Assembly (NCBI GenBank): GCA_963843845.1
Contig: CAWJMB010000003.1
Location: 243,297-307,296 of the forward strand
Reading direction: 5' to 3'
Length of the DNA stretch: 64,000 bases
Source: an uncultured Gemmatimonadaceae bacterium
GTDB taxonomy: Bacteria > Gemmatimonadota > Gemmatimonadetes > Gemmatimonadales > Gemmatimonadaceae
The translations under genes were made by a program, and so were the position numbers. The notes beneath the pieces were generated by a model. The model saw only the letters and a program-made list of their open reading frames with translations, ran no database searches and was not told where the DNA came from. Shown here piece after piece: positions 30,564-42,209 of this stretch (positions are counted from its first letter, which is position 1; each line of letters begins with the position of its first letter).

Positions 30564-31508
30564 TCAGGACGGCGCGACCTTTCCGAACGCCGTCGCCGCC
30601 GACTGGATGCGCGCGCCGTATTCCGCCGCCTGCCCGTTCCCGTTGTAGTGCGTCGCGAAGCGCACGTAATCGGCGCCGCGCAGCGCCTCGAGCATGGGCG
30701 ACGTGCGCCCCGGCCCCTTGATGAAGTCGAACAGCGCGAGGATGTGATAGCGGTCGTCGGCGCCGAACTTGTCGAACATCGCGCGCGCCGACTCGTAGCC
30801 GATCGTGCCGTGGTGGTAGCCCATGATCTGCGGCGCGCCCATGCTGATCGAGCGCATCGCGGCCGACTCGTCGAGCCCCCGCGCGATCGTGAACGCCTGC
30901 CACTCGCGCTCCTGCCCGTCGTGCTGCACGAGCCACGGATCGCTCTCGCGGGCGCGGAAGCGGTGCCCCGTCCACCGCTTCGTCGCGTCGAACGTGAAGT
31001 GGCGGCGGAACACGTCGGGGTGCGCCTTTCCCCACCGCTCGAAGAACACGTGGTTCTCGAAGCGAATGATGAGCCGCCCGCCGACGAATCCCTGCCCGCC
31101 CGACTCGACGCAGAGCACGCCGACCGCGGCGGCGACGGGTATGCCGGTCGCCGCGCACAGCGGCCCGAGCAGTCCGCCGAACCGATTCCACGTCGCCGCC
31201 GCCTGCTTCGTCGCCCCGCCGAGCGAGGTCGTGTCGATCGCGCGCGCGCCGGGGAGGGTGCAGGCGCAGAGCGCGTCGTCGTGGCAGAGGAAGCCGCTCG
31301 CCGCCGCCGGCGTCGTGTCGAGGTGGAGGAAGTCGCCGTGCGCGAAGCCGCGCAGCGCGCCGCTCTGCACCTCGTACCAGCTGCCGCTGCGTCCGACGAC
31401 CGTGACCGACGCCCCTCGCGCCAGCGCACCGCGCTTCTCGCTGCTCCCGTCGGGGGCGGCGCGCACGTTGAGGGTGGCGGCGGTCACGGTGGCGCGCGTC
31501 TCGGGCAT
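30564..31508 (-). CDS. SH3b-domain N-acetylmuramidase (DUF3380-type) peptidoglycan hydrolase
   Basis: N-terminal LNVRAAP...GSWYEV...GFAHGDFL (SH3b). Catalytic region VESGGQGF, IRFENHVF, SISMGAPQIMG, FATHYNG. Confidence 0.82.
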   Translation of the reverse strand: MPETRATVTAATLNVRAAPDGSSEKRGALARGASVTVVGRSGSWYEVQSGALRGFAHGDFLHLDTTPAAASGFLCHDDALCACTLPGARAIDTTSLGGATKQAAATWNRFGGLLGPLCAATGIPVAAAVGVLCVESGGQGFVGGRLIIRFENHVFFERWGKAHPDVFRRHFTFDATKRWTGHRFRARESDPWLVQHDGQEREWQAFTIARGLDESAAMRSISMGAPQIMGYHHGTIGYESARAMFDKFGADDRYHILALFDFIKGPGRTSPMLEALRGADYVRFATHYNGNGQAAEYGARIQSAATAFGKVAPS

Positions 31509-31738
31509 GCTCTCCTCTCAGGCGTGGCGAGCCGCGAGTGTATCACGCGGCGGCGCGCGGCGCCAACTTGGAGCAGGCTCCGCCTGGCGCATCTCGACCC
31601 GCGCGTTCGCGACGTGCGCTGCGCCGGCACTATACATACACCAGCAACGACGCGGCCCCGAGCCAGGCGTGTGTCCGTCGCGCGCTCAGGCCCGCACTCG
31701 CGTCACCGTCAGCGCGGCCTCGCCACTGGAATCCTCTC

Positions 31739-32902
31739 ATGCGTCTCACGTTCGCCGCCCGCCTCGGCGTCGCCGCCGCCGCGCTGCCCGCATTCCTCGT
31801 GTTCGGCGCGTGTCGCTCGGCGACGCCGGCCGCGCCGCCGGCGGTCGTCGCGGTCCCCCCCGCCTCGGCGCTGCCGTTCGCCGAGACGAGTGCGGCGCTG
31901 TCGGAGCGCGGCGGGTACTTCGACTCGGACAACCTCGTCACGAACGAGACGTCGTATCTGCACGTCGTGCCCACGCTCAAGCGGCTCGGCGTGCGCGGCG
32001 GGGCGTACATCGGCGTCGGGCCGGACCAGAGCTTCTCGTACATCGCGGCGATCCGCCCGACCGTCGCGTTCATGCTCGACATCCGCCGCGACAATCTGCT
32101 CGAGCATCTGATCTTCAAGGCGATCTTCACGCGCGCGCGGAACCGCGTCGAGTATCTCGCGTTCCTGTTCGGCCGGCCGGCGCCGAGCGACGTCGCCGCG
32201 TGGGGCGGGCGCACGGCGCCGCAGCTCGTCGCCTACTTCGACACGGCGCGCGTCACGGCGGCGAGCGAGGCGGCGGCGCGCGCGCTCGTCACGGAGGAGA
32301 TCCGCCGCACCGGCGTCGCGCTCGACTCGACCGACTGGAACACGATCGACCGCTTCCACTCGACGTTCATCGCCGAAGGGTTGCAGGTACGCTACGAGAG
32401 CCGCGGCCGACCGAACCGCGGCTTCTTTCCGGCGATGCGCGAGCTGGTCCTCGCGACGGACCTCGACGGCGCGCACTCGAGCTACCTCGGCAGCGAGGAC
32501 GCGTTCCAGGTCGTCAGAGCGTTGCAGCTGGCGAACCGCGTCGTCCCGGTGACCGGCGACCTCGCCGGCCCGAAGGCGTTCCCCGCGATCGCCGAGTGGC
32601 TGCGCGCGCGCGGCGAACGCGTGTCGGCACTGTACACGTCGAACGCCGAGGACTACGTGATGCGCGGCGGCGGGTATCCCGCATTCCAGCGCACGGTCGC
32701 GAGTCTGCCGCGCGACTCGACGAGCGTGATCATCCGCAGCTTCTTCCAGAACTTCCGCGGGATGCACCCGTTCAACATCCCGGGGTTCCGGTCGACGCAA
32801 CTGCTCCAGCCGCTCGACACGTTCGCGGCGCGCGTGGCGAAGGGCGGGTACGCGGACTACTTCGATCTCGTGCTCGACGGGGCGATCAGGTTGACGCCGT
32901 GA
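31739..32902 (+). CDS. Conserved hypothetical lipoprotein
   Basis: Lipobox-like VFGAC. Globular sequence GGYFDSDNLVTNE, AYIGVGPDQSFSYIA, LYTSNAEDY. Confidence 0.75.
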   Translation: MRLTFAARLGVAAAALPAFLVFGACRSATPAAPPAVVAVPPASALPFAETSAALSERGGYFDSDNLVTNETSYLHVVPTLKRLGVRGGAYIGVGPDQSFSYIAAIRPTVAFMLDIRRDNLLEHLIFKAIFTRARNRVEYLAFLFGRPAPSDVAAWGGRTAPQLVAYFDTARVTAASEAAARALVTEEIRRTGVALDSTDWNTIDRFHSTFIAEGLQVRYESRGRPNRGFFPAMRELVLATDLDGAHSSYLGSEDAFQVVRALQLANRVVPVTGDLAGPKAFPAIAEWLRARGERVSALYTSNAEDYVMRGGGYPAFQRTVASLPRDSTSVIIRSFFQNFRGMHPFNIPGFRSTQLLQPLDTFAARVAKGGYADYFDLVLDGAIRLTP

Positions 32903-32933
32903 GGGCGACGAGGCTCACGTCCTTCCCCGCCGC

Positions 32934-35900
32934 TCAGGGTCGTCGCGCTCGCGCGAGGTTCCTGAAGTACTCGTCGACGAGCGTCCGGTAGCCGGCCGGG
33001 ACCTCGTCGCCGGGGCCCAGGCGGGGGCCGTCGGTCGGGGCGCCGGCGAGGGTGCGTCGGAGCCCGAACTCGAAGTCTTTGAGTCCCTCGGCGACCTGCG
33101 AGTGGAGGCGCAGCAGGTTGTCGGTGAGCTTCTCGGTCGACCCCGACTCGAGCTCCCGCATGCGCGCGATCGCGGCGTCGAGCGCGCGGGTGTCGACTCC
33201 CTGGCCGGCGAGCTCGCGGCGCAGCGCCTCGGCGTCGGCGCGCCGCTCGCGGAGCTCGCGGTTGAGCTGGCGCGCGGACTCGGCGTCGAGCGGGACGGGC
33301 GCGCCCGATTGCGGCGAGTAGGCGTTGTCGCGCCGGCCACCGTCCGGCGTGCCGCCTTCCAGGCGCGTGCCGGTGCCCGACGGCTGGCCGGCCCCACCTC
33401 GGGCGTTGCCCTGGCCGGCCTGCTGCCCGCCCTGCTGCCCGCCCTGCTGCCCGCCCGGCTGCCCCTGCCCCTGCTGCCCCGCTCCCCTGCTGCCCGCCTT
33501 GCTGCCCCTGCTGCCCCTGCTGTCGTGATTGTCCTTGCGGCTGCTGCCCTTGTCCCTGCTGTCCTCGCCCCTGCTGCCCGCCGGCCGACTGCTGCTGTCC
33601 TTCCCGACCGTTCGGCGCGCCCTCGCCGGCGCCGAGCGCGTCGTCGCGGCGCTGACGGAGTCGCTCCTCGAGCGACGACATCCCCTGCGCGAGCTGCCGT
33701 GCGCGGTCGACGGATTCCTGCAGCCGACGACCGGCCGGTGTGCGCGTGGCCGCGACCGCCTGGCCGACACGGTCGCGCACGCTCTCGAGGTTGCTCGTGA
33801 TCGACTCCTCGAGGTTGCGCACGTAGTCCGGCGAGCCCGCGCGCGCCACGGTCTTCGAGGCGCGGAGCTTGTCGATCACGCGGCTGTCGCGCACCGCCGC
33901 CGCCCCTTCGCGCAGGCGGCGTGACGCGTCCGGCTGCTCGCCCGCCGTCTCGCGCGACGTGCGCTCGAGATCACGCTCGAGCGCGCCGACGCCGGCGGCG
34001 AGCGAATCCTTCTGCCGCATCAGCTCCTGCTCAGCCGGCGTGCCGCGCCCCTCGCCGCGCGCCAGCCGCTCGGCCTCCTGGGCGACGCCGCGCTGCGCTT
34101 CGGTGAGCGCGTCCGCGCGGCGCTGCAACGACCGCATCTGCTCTTCCGCCTGCGCCGACTTGCCGGCGTCGAGCGCGCGGCGCGCGGCGTCGAGGCGGTC
34201 GCGCGCGGCGTTCGCGTTCCCGGCGGCCGCATCACCCTGCGCCGCGGCGGCGCGGCGCATCGCGTCGGCCGCTTCCTGCATCTGCCGCGCGCTCTGCCGC
34301 ACCTCGGGCGACGGCGACTCGCGCGTCAGGCGCTCGAGCTGGCGCGCCAGCTCCTCCGCCTCCTGCGCGAGCTGCCGCTGCGCCTCCCGTCCACCCATCG
34401 CGCGGCCGGACTGACTGCCGGACTGACCGCCGGACGAGCCGCTCTGTCCCGACTGTCCCGACTGTCCCGACTGTCCCGACTGTCCCGACTGTCCCGACTG
34501 TCCCGACTGTCCCGACTGTCCCGACTGTGCGGGCAGGCGATTCCGCAGCGCGTCCGCCTCGCGACGCAACCGCTCCGACTCGCGCTGCTGCCGCGCGGCG
34601 AGCTCCTTCAATCGCTCGAGCGTCCGGTCGACCTCCGCCGAACGCTGCTCCTGCCGTTCGGCGGTCGAGCGCTGTACGCTCTCGTACTGGTTGCGCAGAC
34701 GGTCCGGCTGGAGGCCGTAGAGGTCGGCCAGGTCGTCGGGCGACTGACCGCCGCCACCCCCGCCGCCGCCCCCACCGCCCCCCATGCTCACCTGCACCTC
34801 GCGGAACGCCGCCTCGGCGCGTTGCAACTGCTGGAGCGCGACCTGCTCCGGGCTCAACGCGTCGTTCGGCACGCGACGGCCGAGCTTCTCCTCGGCGTCC
34901 TTCATCGCCGCGGCGGCGAGCGGGAGCGCCTCGGCGATCGCCTTCGATGCGGAGTCGTTCGCGCTGCCCCCGCGCTGCCTCACCCGGGCGATCAGTTCGT
35001 CGACCTGCGTGCGCAGCCGGCCCTGCGACAGCGCGAGCGTCGCGAGGTCTTCGCGGCGCTGGCGAACGGTCTCGGGGGTGCGGGCGAGCGCGCTGTCGCG
35101 TACGAGCTTGAACGTCGCCGCGACGATCTCCTTCTGCCGCTCGGCGAGATTCGTCGGCGAGTCGTTGCCGCCGCCCCCGCCGCCGCCCTGCTGCTCCCCG
35201 GACTCCGACTGCTTGTAGCTGCGGTCGAACGGCCGGATGCGCAGGAAGTAGATGTCGGTCGCGGCCGACTTCGCACCGGCGACCGCGTCGTTGTCGAACG
35301 CGCGCGCGTAGTACGACACGACGTCGCCCGGCTTGAGCGGCAGCTCTTCGAGGAAGAACGTGTGCCCGGCCGTCACCTCCGGCGTGCGCCGCCCGCCGCC
35401 GGTGTGCAGCGTGACCGTCTGCTCCGGCCCGCCGTTCACCGAGTAGTGCAGCGCGATCCGCGACACGCCGTAGTCGTCTTCGGCCGTGACCGACGCGAAC
35501 ACCTCCTCGATGCTCGTCGCCTGCACGTCGCGGCCCGGCTGCGCGATGGACACGTTCGGCGCGCGGTCGGGCAGCACGTCGACGACGTAGTCGAGCGAGC
35601 CGCGCACGACGGTGCCGCTCGGCTCGTCCAGCTCGACGTGGTAGAAGCCCGGCGTCGCGACGCGCAGCGTGCCGACGAGCGCGCCGCTGCTGTCCTTCGT
35701 GAGACGCACCGTGTCGCCCCCTTCGACGATGAGCCGACCACCCCGCACCGGCATCGTCGGCGTCGCGCGCACGCGGACGAGCGAGCCGCGCGGCGCCGCG
35801 ACGTCGCCCCCGTCGTCGACGTGCTCGGTCTCGTGCCCCGTGTACGACGGCCACTGCACGTCGAGCGCGAGCGTGCGCACCGTCGCGCGGTCGACGACGG

Positions 35901-36771
35901 TGATGACGTACGTCGGCGAGTCGAGCCCGTCGGTGTCGACGCGGTACTGCGCGGCCGAGTCGACGTTGAGGAGACGCGCGTGGAAGCCGCGGGCGTCGCG
36001 CGACATCGGGACGCGCTCCCACGCCCCCGCCGCCGCGCGCTTCACGACGAGCTCCGCGCGCTCCGCCGTGAAGTGCTGGGCGACGGCGTCGATCGCCACG
36101 TCGGCGCCGCGCGCGATGGTGACGGAGCCGGGCGTGACGGCGAGCGCCATGATCGGCATGTCGACCGTCGCCGCGGGGGCCGTCGGCCAGAACACGAGAC
36201 GCGCCGCGGTGCGCACCGCAGTCGGCCCGAACGCGATCGCGACGATCGTCGCCGCAACCGACGCGGCGAGCAGGGCGCCGTTCCGCCGCAGCGCGTCGCG
36301 CTCGATCCGGTCACCGTACTCGAGCGTGCGCGAGCGCTGCGCCGCCTGGAGCACGACCTGCCGCCCGATCGCGTCGCTCCCGGCGCTCCCGGCGCTCCCG
36401 GCGCCCGCGGCGCCGGCCGCACGCACCTCGAGCGCGGAGAGGAGCGCCGCGTCGAGCGACGGCTCGTGCCGCTCCACGTACCGCGCGATCTGCGCGTCGG
36501 TCACGCGCCGCAGCAGCGGCCGCACGACCCAGAGCGCGAGCGCCGCCGTCGCCGCGAGCCACACGCCGAGTCGCGCGCCGGTGATGGCGAGGTCGGCGTA
36601 GCGCGCGCGGTAGAGCGCCCACGCGGCGACGAGCAGCGCGCCCAACGCGATCGCCGCGGCGAGCGCGAGCCCGCCCAACGTCACCCGCATGCGCCACCGG
36701 CGGCGCACGCGGCGGAACGTGGTGTCGAGAGCGTTCGACGCCTCGACGGCGAGGGCGGCGGTCGGTTCCAT
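32934..36771 (-). CDS. Large DUF4175-like membrane-anchored coiled-coil protein; frame change in the Q/G-rich tail
   Basis: N-terminal TM helices, Ig-like middle region (AEDDYGV, PGDVVSYYARAFDN), long Q/E/R coiled coil, C-terminal VPAGYRTLVDEYFRNLA in ORF 32934..33770. Confidence 0.82.
34444..34528. repeat. Coding tandem repeat (CTGTCCCGA) x9 encoding (GQS)n
   Basis: Nine perfect 9-bp units read directly, in frame within the DUF4175-like gene. Confidence 0.95.
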
Positions 36772-36791
36772 GACGAGTCTCCTTCAGGCGC

Positions 36792-38861
36792 TCATCGCGC
36801 GAGGCTCGGACGCCGACTGGCGACGAGCGACTCGGCGACGAGTAGGGCGAACAGTGCGGCCAACAGATACCACCAGATCGACTGCCGTGCTTCGCGCTCC
36901 ACGCGCGTCTCCGACTCGGCCGCCGTCGCCGGGGGAACGGTGAGCGTCGAGTCGACGACGGCGCGCGCGATGTCGGCGGGCGGGATGCGCGCCGCGTCGG
37001 CCTCCGCGGGGTCGACGTTCGCGGCGACGAGCGTGCCAGCGTCGCTCGCGTCGGCGTTCGCGCCCCTGATCGTGTACACGCCGGGCTCGCTCAGGGCGAC
37101 GAGCCCCGCGACGCCGTCCGCGCCGACGCGCAGTCGACGGCCGGCCGGCGTCTCGACGACCCAGCTCGTCGCGTCGCCCGCGCTCAGCGCCGCCGGGTCG
37201 ATCGTCTGCCCGACCGTGTACGATGACGCAGCCGGCGCGACGCGCGCGGCGTACGTCACGAGCTGTCGCACGAACGGGACGTAGATGGGGTCGAGCGGCA
37301 GGTCGCTCCAGTACGTGTCGAGCGTCGACGCCCAGAGCAGGACGCGCCCGCGCCCGGCCGCGCGCTCGACGAGCGCCGGAGTGCCGTCGTCGAAGCGCGC
37401 GAGCACCGTTGCATCCGACGACGGCGTGAGCGCGCGGTGGCGCAGCACGCGTGGCGCGCCGAGGTCGCCACTGCGCGGGGCGGCGAACGGCGCGAAGACC
37501 GGGTGCGTGCGCTCGACCGTCGCCAGGCGCGCGCCCCCCGTGCGGTCGACGACCGCGCCGATCCGCGCCGGCAGCAGCTCGGCGAGGGCCGGGTCCCACG
37601 CCTCGGGAGCGCTGCGCCCCCCGGTCGCGACGACGAGGCCGCCGCCGCGCCGCACCCAGTCGGCGAGCGCGCGCGCGCCGGTGCCGCGGACGGGCGCATC
37701 GTGCAACACGATGAGCGTGTGACTCGCGAGGGCCGGGGCGCCGACCGTGGTACCGGCGAGAACGTCGAGCGCGATCGGCGACGCGCCCGTACTCGAGGCT
37801 CGGCCGTCACCCGTCGCGCCGCCCAACGCCTGTCGCAGGTAGAGCGCGGCGTTCCCGTCTCCCTCGCCCTGCAGCACGAGGGCGCGCAGCGACTGACCAC
37901 GCGAGAAGGTGACCGTGAACGCGTCGTTCGCCGGGAGCGAGTCGGCGCTCGTCCGCACCGTCGCCGGCGTCCACCCGGGCGCGACCGGCAGCGCTTCGAA
38001 CGCGACGCTGGCGACGGCGCCGGGCGTCAGGCGCACGCTCCGCGATTGCGCGGGCCGCCCCCCCACGCTGAGCGCGACCGACGTCGTGCGCGGCGCGCCG
38101 CCGGTCGCGACGAGGCGCGCGACGGGGGTGACGCGCTCACCGGTCGGCAGCGTCTCGCGCCGCAGGTCGACCGCCGCGACGGCGACGTCGGCCGGTGCGG
38201 CGCCGCCGACGTCGGTCCAGGTGAGGCGTGCGCCGGCCGGCAGGCGCGCCGCCGCGCGCTCGCGCCACCCGCCGCGCTGGAAGTCGCTCACGAGCACCGC
38301 CTCGCGGCGTGCGAGCGGCGACGCGGCGAGCAGGCGCGACGCGGTGGCGAGCGCCGGCGCGTACCGGGTCGCGCCGGCGCCCGGCTTCAGCGTGTCGATG
38401 GCAGCACGCAGCGCCGCCGGCGCTGCCCGCGCGACGAGCACGGTGGCCGAGTTGTCGAACACGACGAGCGTGCCGAGGTCGTTCGGGCCTAACGTGTTCA
38501 CCGCGCGACGTGCCGCGTCCTGCGCGCGCGCCCACCGCCCCGCGACGCCCATGCTGTACGACCGGTCGAGCAGCAAGACGACCTCGCGCCCGCCGTCGCT
38601 CGCCGAGACGGCCCGCCGCGCGCGGTCGAGCGACGGCCGCGCGAACGCCGCCGCGAGCAGCAGCAGCGCGAGGATGCGCAGCAACAGCAGCGGCAGATCG
38701 CGCAGCGCCTTCCGCCGAGTCGTCGGTTGCGGCAGGCGGCGTACGAACATCAGCGACGGGAAGGTCACCGGGTTCGCGCGGTCGCGCCGCGTGAGGTGAA
38801 TGAGCAGCGGCACGCCGACGAGCGCGAGTCCGGCGAGGAACCACGGCGCGAGGAAGCCCAT
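36792..38861 (-). CDS. BatA-domain + vWA membrane protein
   Basis: [23 protein letters not shown]...FPSLMF...[19 protein letters not shown] (BatA), LLDRSYSM (MIDAS), LVSDFQ, C-terminal [15 protein letters not shown]. Confidence 0.88.
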   Translation of the reverse strand: MGFLAPWFLAGLALVGVPLLIHLTRRDRANPVTFPSLMFVRRLPQPTTRRKALRDLPLLLLRILALLLLAAAFARPSLDRARRAVSASDGGREVVLLLDRSYSMGVAGRWARAQDAARRAVNTLGPNDLGTLVVFDNSATVLVARAAPAALRAAIDTLKPGAGATRYAPALATASRLLAASPLARREAVLVSDFQRGGWRERAAARLPAGARLTWTDVGGAAPADVAVAAVDLRRETLPTGERVTPVARLVATGGAPRTTSVALSVGGRPAQSRSVRLTPGAVASVAFEALPVAPGWTPATVRTSADSLPANDAFTVTFSRGQSLRALVLQGEGDGNAALYLRQALGGATGDGRASSTGASPIALDVLAGTTVGAPALASHTLIVLHDAPVRGTGARALADWVRRGGGLVVATGGRSAPEAWDPALAELLPARIGAVVDRTGGARLATVERTHPVFAPFAAPRSGDLGAPRVLRHRALTPSSDATVLARFDDGTPALVERAAGRGRVLLWASTLDTYWSDLPLDPIYVPFVRQLVTYAARVAPAASSYTVGQTIDPAALSAGDATSWVVETPAGRRLRVGADGVAGLVALSEPGVYTIRGANADASDAGTLVAANVDPAEADAARIPPADIARAVVDSTLTVPPATAAESETRVEREARQSIWWYLLAALFALLVAESLVASRRPSLAR

Positions 38862-38873
38862 GTCGCGAGGTGC

Positions 38874-39791
38874 CTACCGGACCGGGCCGAGGCGCTCGCG
38901 CAGCGCGAGCACGCGGGCGAGCGCCTCGCCCGGCGGCGTGTCGGTGCTCATCGGCGCGTACGTGACGCCGCGCGCCTGCGCGACGCGCGCGAGCTCGGCG
39001 ACGTGGGCCGCGACCAGGGCGCGGTAGTCGTCACGCATCGCGCGCGTCACGACGGGGAGGATCTCGTTCGTCTCGAGATCGCGCAGCCCCGTGATGTCGC
39101 CGGCCGGAAAGTCGCGCTCCATGGGATCCCACACGTGCAGCAGCAGCAACTCGTTGCCGCGGTTGCGCAGCTGGAGCACGGCGTCGATCGCCTCCGCCGG
39201 CTCGGCGTAGAGATCGGAGATGACGACGACGATGCCGCGACGGCGGAAGTGGTCGGCCGCGCCGCGCAGCGGCTCGGTGAGCGCGCCCTCGCCCGTCGCC
39301 TTCACCTGCTCGAGGGCGTGGATCGCCTGCGGCAGGTGCTTCGCGGCCGGCGGGATCATCGTGCGGATCGCGCGGTCGAACAGCACGAGCCCGACGCGGT
39401 CGCGCTGCTGCCGGGCGAGCCACAGGATCGACGCGGCGAGGACGCGGCCGTAGTCGAGCTTCGTGACGCGTTCGGCGCTCCCGGTCCAGTCCATCGAGCG
39501 GGAGACGTCGAGCAGGACTCCGACGGCGGCGTTCGTGTCGGCCTCGAACTCCTTGACGTGGAGGCGGTCGCTGCGCGCGTAGAGGCGCCAGTCGACGCGG
39601 CGGGTGTCGTCGCCGGGGAGATAGCTGCGGTGCTCGGCGAATTCGGTCGTGGAGCCGAAGGCGCGCGAGCGGTGGACGCCGCCCAGGAAGCCGTCGACGA
39701 CTTGGCGCGCGACCAGCTCCAGGCTGCCGACCCTGCCGAGGACTTCAGGGTCGAGGACGGTCGTGGGGCTCGGCGACTGCGTGAGAGGCAT
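38874..39791 (-). CDS. DUF58 family protein (MoxR-associated)
   Basis: [59 protein letters not shown]. Confidence 0.92.
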   Translation of the reverse strand: MPLTQSPSPTTVLDPEVLGRVGSLELVARQVVDGFLGGVHRSRAFGSTTEFAEHRSYLPGDDTRRVDWRLYARSDRLHVKEFEADTNAAVGVLLDVSRSMDWTGSAERVTKLDYGRVLAASILWLARQQRDRVGLVLFDRAIRTMIPPAAKHLPQAIHALEQVKATGEGALTEPLRGAADHFRRRGIVVVISDLYAEPAEAIDAVLQLRNRGNELLLLHVWDPMERDFPAGDITGLRDLETNEILPVVTRAMRDDYRALVAAHVAELARVAQARGVTYAPMSTDTPPGEALARVLALRERLGPVR

Positions 39792-39805
39792 CAGCTCGGG
39801 GAACT

Positions 39806-40337
39806 GCGGGGTCGGTGCGGCGGGGTCGGGCGGGCGGTGACGGTACGGCGTAGCAGCGCTGGCGACACGGCGCCGGCGGTGAAGCGGGGGGTGCGTCGCG
39901 TCGACGCGGGGTGCGTTCGCCGGGTTATCGGGCGGAGTCGAGACAGGAGAGGTTCGAGGAGATCGGACTCTTGTGAGGGAAGCGTGTCCAACATTCGGTC
40001 GTTTCGCGATCTCAGGGTGTGGCACGACGCCAGCGCGTTCAGCGACGACGTGGACCGGCTCGCGGATCACCTGCCCGCCGATCGCAGCGCGCTCGGCGAC
40101 CGACTGCGCCGCGCCGGGCGGTCGGTACCCGCGAACATCGCCGAAGGCCACGGTCGCTCGTCGAAGCGCGACTACGTCCGCTTTCTCTACATCGCTCGCG
40201 GCTCACGGCACGAAGTGGAATCCGATCTCGTGAGCGTGCAGCGCCAAACGCTCGCGCGCCGTATCGCCCACGCCGTACCGCCCGCGCCACAACGCCGTAC
40301 CGTCACCGCCCGCCCGACCCCGCCGCACCGACCCCGC
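39806..40337. mobile_element. 532-bp insert bounded by perfect 46-bp inverted repeats, carrying a four-helix-bundle gene
   Basis: 39806..39851 GCGGGGTCGGTGCGGCGGGGTCGGGCGGGCGGTGACGGTACGGCGT is the exact reverse complement of 40292..40337. The insert lies between moxR and DUF58. Confidence 0.75.
39984..40291 (+). pseudogene. Four-helix-bundle protein (23S rRNA IVP / TIGR02436, Avd-like), apparently 3'-truncated
   Basis: GAGGGA RBS and GTG start. [12 protein letters not shown]...[46 protein letters not shown] is the family signature. The last helix and stop are missing before the right repeat. Confidence 0.82.
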
Positions 40338-40343
40338 CGTCGA

Positions 40344-41399
40344 TCAGCCCATCGCCCCGCCAGTCGGCACCCGCACCGCTTCGAGCACGCGCTCCACGAT
40401 CCGGTCGGCCGTCACACGCTCGGACTGCGCATGAAAGTTCATGATGATCCGATGCCGCAGCACCGGCCGCGCCAGCGCCCGCACGTCCTCGAACCCCACG
40501 TGATACCGCCCGTGCATCAGTGCCCTCGCCTTCCCCGCGAGAATCAACTGCTGCGGCGCCCGCACGCTCGCCCCGAACGCCACGTACTTCCGCACCTCCT
40601 CCGGCGCCGCCGATTCGGCCGGCCGCGACGCCCGCGCGAGCGAGACCGCATATCGCGCCACCGCGTCCGACACCGCGACCCGCCGCACGAGCCCGTGAAA
40701 CGCCCGCAGCTCCCCGCCCGAGACGACCGGCCGCAGCCGCCCCGCCGCCGGCGCCGTCGTCGCCCGCACCACCGCCACCTCGTCGTCCGCCGAGAGGTAG
40801 TCGACGAGAATCTCGAACATGAAGCGGTCGAGCTGCGCCTCGGGCAGCGGATACGTCCCTTCGAGCTCGATCGGGTTCTGCGTCGCGAAGACGTGGAACG
40901 GCTCCTCGAGCGGATACATCCGCCCCTGCACCGTCACGCGGTGCTCCTGCATCACCTCGAGCAGCGCGGCCTGCGTCTTCGGCGGCGTCCGGTTGATCTC
41001 GTCGGCGAGCACCACGTTCGCGAAGATCGGCCCCGGCGCGAACGTCATCGACCGCTGGCCGGTCGCGTTGTCGATCTGCAGGATGTCGGTGCCCGTGATG
41101 TCGCTCGGCATCAGGTCGGGCGTGAACTGGATGCGCGAGAAGCTCAGGTCGAGCACGCGCGCGAGCGTCGAGACGAGCAGCGTCTTCGCGAGCCCCGGCG
41201 CGCCGACGATCAGGCAGTTGCCGCCGGCGAACAGCGCGATCAGCGCCTGCTCCACGACTTCGTGCTGCCCGACGATGATCTGCCGCAGCTCGCGCACGAT
41301 CGTCTCGTGCGCGCTCCGCAGCCGCTCGGCCAGTGCGACGTCGTCGTGCCCGGCGTGCTCGGTCTCGGGCATCGTCCGCTCGGCGGGAATGGTCGTCAT
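40344..41399 (-). CDS. moxR: MoxR-family AAA+ ATPase
   Basis: [72 protein letters not shown]. Confidence 0.96.
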   Translation of the reverse strand: MTTIPAERTMPETEHAGHDDVALAERLRSAHETIVRELRQIIVGQHEVVEQALIALFAGGNCLIVGAPGLAKTLLVSTLARVLDLSFSRIQFTPDLMPSDITGTDILQIDNATGQRSMTFAPGPIFANVVLADEINRTPPKTQAALLEVMQEHRVTVQGRMYPLEEPFHVFATQNPIELEGTYPLPEAQLDRFMFEILVDYLSADDEVAVVRATTAPAAGRLRPVVSGGELRAFHGLVRRVAVSDAVARYAVSLARASRPAESAAPEEVRKYVAFGASVRAPQQLILAGKARALMHGRYHVGFEDVRALARPVLRHRIIMNFHAQSERVTADRIVERVLEAVRVPTGGAMG

Positions 41400-41414
41400 C
41401 AGTGTGTCAGCCCC

Positions 41415-42209
41415 TCAGTGGGTAAGCCCGTAGATCAGGTAGTTCACGCCGAGCTTGAACGCCTCGTTCGACGCGTCGACCGGCGTCGTGCCGCTGGCCG
41501 AGAACTCCCAGAAGTTCGCGACGTCGGTGTTGTAGTTGATCATCACGAGCAACCGCTTCGACGGGTCGTTGTCCTCGTAGATCCCGCGGAACGCCGGCCG
41601 GTCGCGGTCGTAGAACTGTTTGACGATGTCGAACGACGGGATCTCGAAGAAGCCGTGAAAGATCGGCAGCGTCGGGTCGAGGTCGACGATGCGCGCGTCG
41701 GGGAGCACGCGGCGCATGTTCGCGGCGAACCCCTCCCACCCGCCGCCGCCGCGGCCGTCGTCGCGGAAGTCGTCGAAGATCACGAAGCCGCCCTTGAGCA
41801 GATAGGCGCGCATCGACTCCGCTTCCTTGTCGGTGATCATCCAGAACCCGGCCTCGGTCATGTAGGCGAGCGGGTACTTGAAGATCAGCGGGTCGTCGAG
41901 AGCGAGCACCTGACTGACGCCGGTCCGCGCATTCATGTTCGTGACCTCGTTCAGGATCTGCACGAGGTCGCGCTCGGCGCGCGGATAGCCGTGGGCCCAC
42001 GCCGGGAGCCCGTTGTAGTAGAAGCCGCCGGGCGCCGTGTGGTAGCGGATGCGCGCGAACGTGACGCGGCCGTCGTACGGCACGTTGCGGATGAGACTTT
42101 CCTCGTCGACCGGCGGACGGAAGCGACGTTGCGCCGCGACGCCGCCGGCGAGCACGGCGATGGCGCCCAACGCGACGACGACCGAGCGGAGATCGAGGCG
42201 CGGGCTCAC
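41415..42209 (-). CDS. DUF4159 domain secreted protein
   Basis: [61 protein letters not shown]. Confidence 0.85.
   Translation of the reverse strand: MSPRLDLRSVVVALGAIAVLAGGVAAQRRFRPPVDEESLIRNVPYDGRVTFARIRYHTAPGGFYYNGLPAWAHGYPRAERDLVQILNEVTNMNARTGVSQVLALDDPLIFKYPLAYMTEAGFWMITDKEAESMRAYLLKGGFVIFDDFRDDGRGGGGWEGFAANMRRVLPDARIVDLDPTLPIFHGFFEIPSFDIVKQFYDRDRPAFRGIYEDNDPSKRLLVMINYNTDVANFWEFSASGTTPVDASNEAFKLGVNYLIYGLTH

Noticed and set aside
30564..31508. Prophage around the muramidase
   Set aside because: No structural, integrase or holin genes nearby.
34444..34528. Possible CRISPR array (also 50993..51036 and 52781..52872)
   Set aside because: Head-to-tail short units with no unique spacers and no cas genes.
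39984..40291. Diversity-generating retroelement suggested by the Avd-like gene
   Set aside because: No reverse transcriptase and no TR/VR pair with adenine-specific mismatches in the window.
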